NCBI GenBank assembly: GCA_963705255.1
Contig: OY970061.1
Span: 1,376,001-1,440,000, forward strand
Source: an uncultured Methanoregulaceae archaeon
GTDB taxonomy: Archaea; Halobacteriota; Methanomicrobia; Methanomicrobiales; Methanospirillaceae
Direction: 5' to 3'
Length of the DNA stretch: 64,000 nucleotides
Each line of letters opens with the position of its first letter. Within the stretch, counting starts at the first letter, position 1. A program made the position numbers and the translations under genes. The notes beneath the pieces are model-generated. The model was not told where the DNA came from and did no database searches. It saw nothing but the letters and a program-made list of their open reading frames with translations. This document shows positions 1-8,779 of the stretch, piece by piece.

Positions 1-256
1 TTGTTACCAGGGTACTCAGGTTTTCTGCTTTCACGAGTGCCATGCAACAGAATCCTCCCTCTTTTTCAAGGGTGAACAATGCAAGTTTATCCCCCGGCCG
101 TATACCTGCTTTCTCCCTCAGATCTTTGGGAAGTACCATCTGGCCGCGTTCGTCGACACTCAGTAACGCCTCCATTTTGTAAACCGATCCGACATCACAT
201 CCGCAGGATATATCTCCGGAAATTCCGGGGGGAACAACATCTTTTTTCTTCGTCAT
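1..256 (-). CDS. AbrB/MazE/SpoVT-type DNA-binding protein, resembling HgcAB-associated HgcC (runs off left edge)
   Basis: Not in ORF track. Manual translation from ATG 256: MTKKKDVVPPGISGDISCGCDVGSVYKMEALLSVDERGQMVLPKDLREKAGIRPGDKLALFTLEKEGGFCCMALVKAENL...; AbrB core VDERGQMVLPKDLR..GIRPGD plus CxC and CC motifs. Confidence 0.8.
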   Translation of the reverse strand, partial: MTKKKDVVPPGISGDISCGCDVGSVYKMEALLSVDERGQMVLPKDLREKAGIRPGDKLALFTLEKEGGFCCMALVKAENLSTLVT

Positions 257-286
257 AGTCTCGTGCACTACTGATTATTTTATACC

Positions 287-488
287 TATTTAATTCTTCA
301 GAAAAATCAGAATAAAAAATACGGATGCCAGGTTTTTTCATGCCTAATTATCAACCCGTAAAAAAGCCAGAATAAGCGGCGTCTGGACTACAACCGGAAC
401 TGCATCGCATTTTTTGTCCACAACGCTGTCCATATACAATATTTTCAGCACAGTCTTACGAATCTGATTAATCTGATAAATTTAAATA
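287..488. promoter_or_regulatory. Divergent promoters, each with TCTGA-N4-TCTGA just upstream of a TTAAATA TATA-like box
   Basis: Plus strand: TCTGA 463-467 and 472-476, TTTAAATA 481-488. Minus strand: TCAGA 307-311 and 298-302, TATTTAA 287-293. Confidence 0.55.
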
Positions 489-562
489 TGCTGAAAGCTC
501 ACATCAATTTTGTGATTTGGATATGACCGGAAAAATTGGATATCCGAATCCGGGGATGTATC

Positions 563-1433
563 ATGAAAACGAAACCCACGAGTGAAAAAACAATCAAGGA
601 TGAGATCAGGAACAGCTACGGGACTATTGCACGGACCGGCGGATCGTGCTGCGGCCCTGCACCTTCATGCGGGGATTCTGCCGCTTCCGACGCTTCCCGG
701 AAAGTCGGCTATTCCGATGATGAAATATCTGCAGCACCGGACGGCGCCAACCTTGGCCTGGGCTGCGGGAACCCTGTTGCCATCGCCTCGCTCCGGGATG
801 GGGAGATCGTTCTCGATCTTGGATCGGGCGGGGGCTTTGATGCCTTCCTTGCAGCAAAAAAAGTCGGCCCTGCCCGGCGGGGTAATCGGTATCGACATGA
901 CGCCGGAGATGATCGAACGGGCACGGTCCAATGCAAAGCGGGGCGGGTATTCCAATGTCGAATTCCGGCTTGGCGAGATTGAAAACCTGCCAGTCGATGA
1001 CAATTCCGTTGATGTCATCATCTCCAACTGCGTGATAAACCTGTCACCAGATAAGAGCAAGGTATTTTCAGAAGCATTCCGGGTCCTGAAACCCGGCGGC
1101 CGGTTCATGGTATCCGATACGGTGTTGACGCGGCATCTTCCCGAAGCGATCCAGAAATCCGTTGCCGCATATATGGGCTGTATCTCCGGGGCACTTATGA
1201 AAGAAGAGTACCAGTCCAGGCTCCTGGCTGCCGGCTTTGCAAGGGCCGATATTGTAAAGGATTCCCCTATTGACTTCACTTCCGCGATACGGGATCTGGG
1301 ATTTAAGGTAGATATCGAACCGGCAGAACTGGCCAAGATCGTTGCAATACTTGACAAAAGCGTTACGAGCATAACCGTTTCAGCGGCCAAGAGAGATACT
1401 GGTAGGGAGAAGGCTCATCGGGCATATCCTTGA
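563..1433 (+). CDS. arsM: Arsenite S-adenosylmethionine methyltransferase (one frameshift near 870-880)
   Basis: SCCG N-terminus, [18 protein letters not shown] in ORF 536..982; [25 protein letters not shown] in ORF 582..1433. Confidence 0.88.
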
Positions 1434-1484
1434 ACAGGCAGGCTGACCGGGAATGACGGTGAAAGCAGTGACAGGAGAACTGGA

Positions 1485-2270
1485 ATGAAAGCGAATATCT
1501 ATTATTTTTCCGGGACCGGAAACTCGCTAGCCGTTGCCCGGGACCTTGCGAAAGATTTGGATGATGCGGATCTTATTCCCATCCCACAGGTAATGCACCA
1601 GCAGGAGATTACGGATAATGCTGAAGTAATCGGGATTGTTTTCCCGGTCAATTTCTACGATATGCCTCGGTATGTAAAGGAGTTTGTGAAAAAACTCAGT
1701 TTTTCAGGAAGACCATATATTTTCGGTATTGCAACCTGTGGACAGAACCCCGGTCATTCCCTCTTCACACTCAAATCTCTCCTTGAGGAGAAGGGAACAA
1801 CTCTTGCAGCCGGGTTCGTGCTGGTCATGCCGGAAAATTATATCGCTCCCCTTGACCTGATAGAGCCCGCATCAATCCAGCAGCAGAAAAACAAGGATAT
1901 CAAGGAGAAAATTCCCGCACTTGCAGCTGCCATTACACAACGACAGGTTTCTGTACCTGAAGGGACCGATTCCCTTGTATGGCGCATTCTCGTGGGTATA
2001 TTCTCGATTTATGTAACATCCGTGATCCGGATCCCAAAAAAGATCCATGCTACAGATGCCTGCAACCGGTGCGGAGTGTGCGGGCGTATCTGCCCCACGA
2101 ATAATATAACCGTCACCAAAAATGCTGTGATCTGGAATGGACGCTGTACCCAATGCTACGCCTGCATCCACTGGTGTCCCCAAGGAGCAATTGAGATTGG
2201 CAGCTATACGGCGGGCAAGCCCCGCTATCATCACCCGGATATAATTCTTAAGGATATGATCCTGCGGTGA
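1485..2270 (+). CDS. EFR1-family ferrodoxin (flavodoxin domain plus 2x[4Fe-4S])
   Basis: YYFSGTGNS flavodoxin start; CNRCGVCGRICP and CTQCYACIHWCP. Confidence 0.85.
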   Translation: MKANIYYFSGTGNSLAVARDLAKDLDDADLIPIPQVMHQQEITDNAEVIGIVFPVNFYDMPRYVKEFVKKLSFSGRPYIFGIATCGQNPGHSLFTLKSLLEEKGTTLAAGFVLVMPENYIAPLDLIEPASIQQQKNKDIKEKIPALAAAITQRQVSVPEGTDSLVWRILVGIFSIYVTSVIRIPKKIHATDACNRCGVCGRICPTNNITVTKNAVIWNGRCTQCYACIHWCPQGAIEIGSYTAGKPRYHHPDIILKDMILR

Positions 2271-2277
2271 GGATACC

Positions 2278-2856
2278 ATGAACGTTGTTGCATTCAACGG
2301 CAGTGCCCGTAATGACGGCAATACCGCCATTCTTGTCAATGCGGTATTTGCGGAACTGAAAAAAGAAGGTATCAGGACCGAGCTTGTCCAGCTGGCAGGA
2401 ACGGAGATCCGGGGTTGTAATGCCTGCGGCACGTGCTTCGCGAACCAGGACAAGCGGTGCGGAATAAAAGATGATATCCTCAACGACTGTATCGAAAAGA
2501 TGCTGGATGCCGACGGGATCATCCTCGCCTCGCCTGTGTATTTTGCTGATGTGTCCACCGGGATGAAGGCACTCATCGACCGGGCCGGCCTTGTGGCAAA
2601 GGCAAACCAGGACATGTTCCGGCGCAAGGTCGGGGCATCGGTGGTTGCTGTCCGCCGTGCCGGGGCCATCCACGCGTTTGACACGATGAACCATTTCTTC
2701 TTCATCAGCCAGATGGTAGTCCCCGGCTCATGGTACTGGAATATCGGCCTTGGGGGACTTGGCCCTGAGGATGTAAAAGGCGATGAGGAAGGGTTGATGA
2801 CCATGCGGACGCTTGGCGCCAATATGGCGTGGCTGCTGAAGAAGATCAACGACTAA
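2278..2856 (+). CDS. Iron-sulfur flavoprotein / NADPH-dependent FMN reductase family
   Basis: NGSAR..GNT, CNACGTC...C, ASPVYF, RRAGA motifs. Confidence 0.85.
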   Translation: MNVVAFNGSARNDGNTAILVNAVFAELKKEGIRTELVQLAGTEIRGCNACGTCFANQDKRCGIKDDILNDCIEKMLDADGIILASPVYFADVSTGMKALIDRAGLVAKANQDMFRRKVGASVVAVRRAGAIHAFDTMNHFFFISQMVVPGSWYWNIGLGGLGPEDVKGDEEGLMTMRTLGANMAWLLKKIND

Positions 2857-2964
2857 TTTTTTTCAGATAGCCACGGTCAGGTCATCGGTTGCCACGATGA
2901 GCCCGGTACTGAGCTCAATGTTCTCATCATGGCAGTTGCCCCGGCACCGGCGCCTGTCCCTGAT

Positions 2965-3672
2965 TTACCACGCCCTGCCGTACGTGTTGTGGTACGTAAA
3001 CGATGCACGGTCCCTGCGCACCCTCAGGTAGCCCGGTTGCGCGGCGGGGTACCCCAGCCTGACGGCAAACGATACCGCCATATTCTCCGGTACCTCCAAG
3101 ATCTTCTTTACATCCTTCTGGACGGGACCGCTGAATGCGCTCATGATCTGGAACCCGATACCCAGCTCCTGGGCCGTGAGCCACATGTTCTCCATCAGGC
3201 AGCCGAGGCTCAGGATCCCGAGCACGTCTCCCTCCGATGCCGGCGCCCGCTTCCGGGTATCGTACACCACGACGAGGAGGGCCGGGCTCCCCTTGATCGT
3301 CTCGTCAAGGGTCCCCGGGGTCCTGTCCTTCATCGCGGCTTCGAGCTGTGCCTTGTCCCGCCATGCCGGCGGGAACCCCAGCCCCAGAATCCCGACCTTC
3401 TTCTTCAGCAACTCCTCCTCCGACACCGAGAGCTGCTCGAAATTTTCCCGGATAAAGTCCGGTGACGGGTAGGTCGGTATCTTCCCGAGCCGGTCCAGGA
3501 CTTTTCTGTCATCGACAACGATGATCTCGAAGTTCTGCATGTTGTGGGCAGTCGGCGCCCACCGGCCCGCTTCCAGGATCTTTTTTATATCGCGTTCAGG
3601 CACCTGCCTGTGCGGATCAAAGAATGCCCGGGTCGAATGCCTCTCCTGTATAATCTTCATCAGATCGTCCAT
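2965..3672 (-). CDS. Nitroreductase family protein
   Basis: ERHSTRAF, AGRWAPTAHNMQ, ENMWLTAQELGIG, LGYP. Confidence 0.85.
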   Translation of the reverse strand: MDDLMKIIQERHSTRAFFDPHRQVPERDIKKILEAGRWAPTAHNMQNFEIIVVDDRKVLDRLGKIPTYPSPDFIRENFEQLSVSEEELLKKKVGILGLGFPPAWRDKAQLEAAMKDRTPGTLDETIKGSPALLVVVYDTRKRAPASEGDVLGILSLGCLMENMWLTAQELGIGFQIMSAFSGPVQKDVKKILEVPENMAVSFAVRLGYPAAQPGYLRVRRDRASFTYHNTYGRAW

Positions 3673-3790
3673 GGTTCCTGCCTCTTGCAGCAGCTGAACT
3701 GCACGTTTGCATTGAACGATATATACCTATAAAATTTACTCAGGTACAGGTTCCGATGCGTTGCCGGTGCCGGGCGATTTTAAAGAATAG

Positions 3791-3817
3791 TGGCAGGGGG
3801 ATCGCCCCCCCCTGCCA
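3791..3817. terminator. GC-rich hairpin downstream of small ORF
   Basis: TGGCAGGGGG ... CCCCCTGCCA 10-bp inverted repeat. Confidence 0.4.
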
Positions 3818-3827
3818 TCGTGTGGTT

Positions 3828-3971
3828 TTACGGTTTCGGGCTCTGCCCTCCGTCTGATTCCATGTGATCGAGGACCCTGTCCCACATGACGAGGAGTCCC
3901 GGGATGATCACGTAGGCGAGCAGTCCGGCTCCTGAGAACCCGGCGGTGATCAACACTTCGTTGTCGACCAT
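3828..3971 (-). CDS. Small 47-aa single-TM membrane protein
   Basis: Manual translation MVDNEVLITAGFSGAGLLAYVIIPGLLVMWDRVLDHMESDGGQSPKP*; GGTGA RBS between upstream TAA and ATG. Confidence 0.6.
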   Translation of the reverse strand: MVDNEVLITAGFSGAGLLAYVIIPGLLVMWDRVLDHMESDGGQSPKP

Positions 3972-3986
3972 GTCAGTCACCACGGA

Positions 3987-4490
3987 TTACGAGAGCGCCG
4001 GGATGCTGTCGGCCCAGGTCTCGACCTTGCTGCGGATCGCTTCATCGCTGTACAAAGTGAGAGTCGCCTGCGAACGGCTGAAGTTGACGTAGTAGATCTC
4101 GCCGTTTGCATCGTGGCACCTCAGCGTCACCGCGAAGGTCTCGTGGGCGGCGTCGCGGACCGCGGTCCCCCCAAGGGAGGTTGCGATCGCCGTGTCAGCC
4201 TCGATATGGTTTGCCACGGCCGTGAAGGCTGCGACCGACTCTGCCCGGATGCTGATGAGCCCGACGGTGTTTGCATCAGAGTCCTGGTAGAGGACCCGTG
4301 CGGTGTAACCCTGCCGGCCGCGTTCAACCGGGGGGTGGTTCACTCCTTGTGCGTTGTAGGAAACGCACTGGAAGGGGTTGTTCGTTATGACGCCCTGGAC
4401 AATAGTCTCGAAGGCAGTCACGTCTGGGAGCGGTGTCGCGAACTTTCGGACAGCGCTCTTCGTGGTAGTTCCTAATACGAAATCTGCCAT
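3987..4490 (-). CDS. Conserved hypothetical protein (MADFV... type, recalled from Methanomicrobiales)
   Basis: 167-aa ORF with host-like codon usage and GGAGA upstream. Confidence 0.75.
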   Translation of the reverse strand: MADFVLGTTTKSAVRKFATPLPDVTAFETIVQGVITNNPFQCVSYNAQGVNHPPVERGRQGYTARVLYQDSDANTVGLISIRAESVAAFTAVANHIEADTAIATSLGGTAVRDAAHETFAVTLRCHDANGEIYYVNFSRSQATLTLYSDEAIRSKVETWADSIPALS

Positions 4491-4508
4491 GTTTTTTTCT
4501 CTCCGAAG

Positions 4509-4642
4509 AGGTTCAGTATGAACCTTGAGGATGAGAAGAACTCATCAGAGTTCTTCGAATTCCGAAGAATTCCGTATAACCTCGATGGGGTAAAGGGAGG
4601 CAACCTGCCTTCCCTTAACTTCTGTGGGTTCGTCCTGAACCT
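4509..4642. mobile_element. MITE/REP-like element, locus A of hairpin repeat family
   Basis: Imperfect 16-bp terminal inverted repeats AGGTTCAGTATGAACC (4509-4524) vs reverse complement of 4627-4642 AGGTTCAGGACGAACC (14/16); core hairpin GAAGAACTC-ATCA-GAGTTCTTC 4535-4556. Confidence 0.55.
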
Positions 4643-4813
4643 AGGTTTTTCTTGCGTCTCGGGGCGCCCTTTGACATACCATCATTGGTTTTTGGAATAT
4701 ATCGGGTAATTTGTGGGGGAGCAATCCGGGGGCATACAAGGCCGTAATTGCCGTTTCGGGCAGTTTGGAGTGGATCGACATTGAACGGGGCCCGAAATAA
4801 AAAAAAGAGTGGA

Positions 4814-5373
4814 TTATTTCAGGGATGCCGGAAAGTCGAGGTCATACCTCAGACCTCCCGGGTAGACCAGGTAATATCTCCAGCCGCAGGCCGGGGAGTA
4901 GACCCAGATCATGATCCGGTCAAGGATCTTCTTTGCCAGCTCGCGGAGGCTGTCCACTTTACCGGTATAGAGCTCGCGCAGTTTTGCCGCGTTCGGCACC
5001 GGCAGGCGCGAGCGGAGGGCGAGCACCAGCACCGAGCCGGCTTTGTTGAGCCCGATGAGATTGATCGGGATTGAGGGTTCGCTCAGGCGGACCGGAAGAT
5101 AGCCGTAACGTACCTGAGAAGATCCATCGCCTCATAAACGAGCGGATTGCTCCGCGTCCGGCCCGGACGGGCTACTGTAGCCGTCACATCGATGGGAGAA
5201 TGGACGATGACCTCGGTCCCGGTCCTCTCCGGATCCGGTACGGCGTGTTTCCGGCATTTCACCTGATTTGCAGATTTCTGTCCGCAAGTCTTTCCTCTGG
5301 CGGGAGATTTTCCTCCCTTCCCCGCCCGGGAGATACTATGTGGCCTCCCGGTCGTTTTCTCTTTTGTATTCAT
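4814..5373 (-). CDS. Hypothetical protein with Hjc/PD-(D/E)XK-like fold, catalytic residues apparently degenerate; frameshift near 5110
   Basis: ORF 5083..5373 (..VYEAMDLLR) joins the frame of ORF 4814..5032, which is open back to ~5131 (YGYLPVRLSEPSIPINLIGLNKAGSVLVLALRSR...). Confidence 0.5.
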
Positions 5374-5879
5374 TCAATCACTCCTTTTTCAGCATCACAT
5401 CCTGTTCTCCTGCGATTCTTTGGCACCGGGATATTCCTTCCCGGATCTGTCACGAACGCCGGTCCAAACCGGAGGTCCCCTAGGAGTATTACCTACGGGA
5501 ACGACCGGTGGCTACCGCACCGTCATTCAGAGACGCACACTACGATCCGGGGGCAGACGAGACCCAAAACGGGAACTCACCTGAAGGATCGCAGCGCGAT
5601 AGTTGCATTCCCACAATGCCTTGAGAGGTACAGCAAGTACACCGGTCACTGCCGCAATGAACACCAGGCCAGGGACTAGGAGGCAGGTAATCCACTCCGT
5701 CGTATGCAGAGGGACCCCGGGCCCCGTGATCGATGCCTGTGTCAGTGTACAGTCTTCGTGTGGCATTTGTGATTATCTAAGGAAAAGATAAAATCACATA
5801 TATATTAGGTGGATGATGCAGGTTATATGGAAAATATTTGGGCCTGTGTACGGGAACCGGGGCCGGATTTGTATGACCC

Positions 5880-6057
5880 GGAGGTGCCATCGATTGAACT
5901 GCAGAACACCCTCAGTAAATATTCCCCAATGAATGCATCGCAGATCAGCGCACTATCTCATGCAGACCTGCCCTATAGAGCATCAAAAGATAATGAACCC
6001 ATAAAATACGAACTCGTTTTTTATCGCGATCCGCAAATGTTCGTGAGCCAAAACTGA
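5880..6057 (+). pseudogene. C-terminal remnant of Panacea/SocA-like (DUF4065) antitoxin
   Basis: KYSPMNASQISALSHADLPYRASKDNEPIKYELVFYR matches the DUF4065 C-terminal SH..PW / I.YELVFYR pattern; N-terminus missing. Confidence 0.6.
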
Positions 6058-6206
6058 TGAGGGGGGACACAAGTACGAACGGAGGCCGCTCACGACTTTT
6101 CAATAAAGAGCGATCTCTTTGCTACCAAAATCTCCCAAAATGTTTCTGAGTAGTAATTCATCAGGAGATCATATCCTTTATAATACGCCGGAATCCCAAA
6201 TACTAA

Positions 6207-6237
6207 TAAATACTAAAATCTACAAGATTAGTATTTA
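6207..6237. promoter_or_regulatory. Inverted-repeat operator upstream of fic
   Basis: TAAATACTAA-N11-TTAGTATTTA, with an extra AAATACTAA at 6198-6206. Confidence 0.5.
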
Positions 6238-6250
6238 GTAGGACGGCTCC

Positions 6251-7618
6251 ATGACGCAACTTCCTGAAAAACCACCGGACTGGACGAAACACCTCACAGG
6301 GGGACTGGTAAACTATTTGATCAATGCGGAGTTCGCAAAATCTGTGGCGGAATATAATCGTCGTTACCTCTTCTGGGACGAACTGAAGTACCGGCTGCCA
6401 GATGAAGAGCAGCGGAGGACGGCGTGGGCTGTCATGAAGTTTTACCGGTCGATGCGACAGGAGATTCCTTATTCCTCACTCAGACTCACCTACTCGATCA
6501 TTCCTGAGATAGTAAAAAGCCTCCACGCGATCGACAGCTACCTCACCGGGAACATCCGCATCCACAACAAGACCATCCGGCTCGAACAGTCCTACATCAT
6601 CAACTCGTTCATGGAGGAAGCGATCGCATCAAGCATTCTCGAAGGTGCAGCAACGACACGGAAAGCTGCAAAGGAGATGCTCCGGAAAGGCAGGAAGCCG
6701 AAGAACAGTTCCGAGCAGATGGTTGTCAACAACTACGAGGCTATGAACTTTATCCTTGAACACAAGGACGACCCGCTCACTCCTGATCTCATCCTTGAGA
6801 TCCACCGGCTGGTAACAAAAGGAACCATCGATGAAGACTCGGTCGGGCAGTTCCGGACCAACAATGATATCGTCGTCGCAAATCCAGCCACCGGCGTGGT
6901 CTTTCATACGCCACCTGATTATCGAGAGATAGAACACTCCGTAGCTGAACTCTGCGATTTTACCAACCGCGTTGAACAGGATTCCGGAAAGGGAGATGCG
7001 GATTACATTCACCCGGTCATCATGGGGATTATCCTGCACTTCCTCATCGGGTATATCCACCCGTTCAATGACGGGAACGGGAGGACTGCCCGCAACCTCT
7101 TCTACTGGTACGTCCTCTCACGCGGCTACTGGCTGTTTGAGTACATGCCCATCTCGCGGATCATTCTCCGGTCGAAAAAGAAGTATTCGCTTGCATACCT
7201 CTTTACCGAATACGATGAGATGGATCTCACCTATTTTATCCTTTATAACCTGTCCTGCGTTGATGAAGCCCGGAGAGATCTCCTGAAATACCTGGAGGGG
7301 AAGCAGACCGAACAGAATGCAACAAAAGCTATCATTAAAAAGATCCGGGATATCAACCAGCGTGAAGGGGATATTCTCCGGCACATGATGGAGCACAGTG
7401 ACGAGTATTTCACAATCCGGGAGATCATGCAGATGTATACTACCGTATATGAAACTGCCCGGACCGATCTCCTTCATCTTGCAGATCTCGGATACCTGAA
7501 CAAGGAAAAGCGGGGACGGGAATTCATCTTCATCTTCAATGAAAGCAGCGAACTGTGGAAACACAATGCAAAGAAAGATGCTACCGTCAAACCTCATCCA
7601 CGTCAGGAGGAATCCTGA
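6251..7618 (+). CDS. Fic family protein (class II, autoinhibited) with C-terminal winged helix
   Basis: HPFNDGNGRTAR canonical Fic motif; SSILEG inhibitory (S/T)xxxE(G/N); C-terminal TARTDLLHLADLGYL wHTH. Confidence 0.92.
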   Translation: MTQLPEKPPDWTKHLTGGLVNYLINAEFAKSVAEYNRRYLFWDELKYRLPDEEQRRTAWAVMKFYRSMRQEIPYSSLRLTYSIIPEIVKSLHAIDSYLTGNIRIHNKTIRLEQSYIINSFMEEAIASSILEGAATTRKAAKEMLRKGRKPKNSSEQMVVNNYEAMNFILEHKDDPLTPDLILEIHRLVTKGTIDEDSVGQFRTNNDIVVANPATGVVFHTPPDYREIEHSVAELCDFTNRVEQDSGKGDADYIHPVIMGIILHFLIGYIHPFNDGNGRTARNLFYWYVLSRGYWLFEYMPISRIILRSKKKYSLAYLFTEYDEMDLTYFILYNLSCVDEARRDLLKYLEGKQTEQNATKAIIKKIRDINQREGDILRHMMEHSDEYFTIREIMQMYTTVYETARTDLLHLADLGYLNKEKRGREFIFIFNESSELWKHNAKKDATVKPHPRQEES

Positions 7619-7837
7619 CCACATTCAGTCGTTCCCGCAGCCGGGTTTCCCGGGTTGGGGAGTCGTGAGGGTTTCATCACCGGATTTCACATAAGGTTTG
7701 TCAGGCCGAATTTGGGAGAGGGGGGGATGGGGGCGAGGGGTAGGAATGTTGCCAAGTATATTTCCGATGGAGTATTACAAAATTTTGAATTAGTGGAAGG
7801 TGGGTAAGTATATAACAGAAAAGAAGATTGTGGGAAA

Positions 7838-8775
7838 TTAGCTTAGCCTGTTAGGAAGACGATGATGTCCTACCTTGTCATGCGATTGTAGACTTTTTAA
7901 AATGGTATTCATTTCATCCATTTCTTCTTTTGAAAAATTATCACTGTCCATTACTTTATTCCCGTAATTGTTTAGTTTTTCAAATAATCCTAGTTTTTTA
8001 TCTGGAAAATTCCGAGAGGATTGTCCGGTAACCCACTTAAACTGCGAATCCGAAAATTGTTTGAAAGGCCCATTCATACATGCTGAAACAAGACGGTCTC
8101 TCTTAGTAGGATCTTTCGATGCTAATATGATATTCATGATTCTCGTTTCTGATAGGCTGAAAATTGGATCATCAGGATTCAAACTTTTTTTCCAGTCATA
8201 AAAAAATACAGCATAATCAAATATGCGTTTACCATAACCATATTGCCCTCTGCCCCATTGTTCAAGAGCTTGCGTAATTTTTTCGAGGGAGACATCACGA
8301 TTATCATCTAAAAATTGTCGAATGCGTTTTCCCGATTCCCAAAATTCGGATGTTGTTGTTATTTTTTGCTTTCTGATCTCCCCACATATGTTTTTATTGT
8401 ATCTTTGAACTTCAGCTTTTGAAAAAGCTCGGATTTTTTCTTCAAGTTTGCTTTTTTCTTGCATCAATGAAGTACTAATACTTTTTAATCCAGATTGTGT
8501 TTTATTGCTAGTTGCTGTATCCCCAGCAATGTACTTTTTAGTACCATTATTAAAAGTTAAAATCAGCCCTTTCGGTCTTGCAATTATTCTGACTTTTAAG
8601 CCTACATTTTTTTTAACGTCGGCCCAGTTGATCTCATTATTCGTATTTACATTGATTGGTTTTCCTGGAGGCCCCCTGCAAGAACTTCTCTAGCCCAAGC
8701 TTGTGCTTCATCTGCTGTCCATCGTAACCCTCTTTCTGGGATAGTTATAACGATATTTGCAGGATTATATTCCAT
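7838..8775 (-). CDS. Hypothetical ~312-aa protein with DUF1016(YhcG)-N-terminal-like domain; frameshift in G-run near 8672
   Basis: ATG 8775 (MEYNPANIVITIPERGLRW...VLAG) joins the frame of ORF 7838..8467, which is open upstream to the G-run; FWESGKRI..YGYGKRIFDYAVFFY..LSETRI..D...RD pattern. Confidence 0.65.
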
Positions 8776-8779
8776 GATA

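Noticed and set aside
4518-4709. Short ORFs sharing KNSSEFF/KNSDEF peptides (also 33333, 41584, 50448, 53312, 53367)
   Set aside because: They are translations of the hairpin DNA repeat on either strand, not a protein family.
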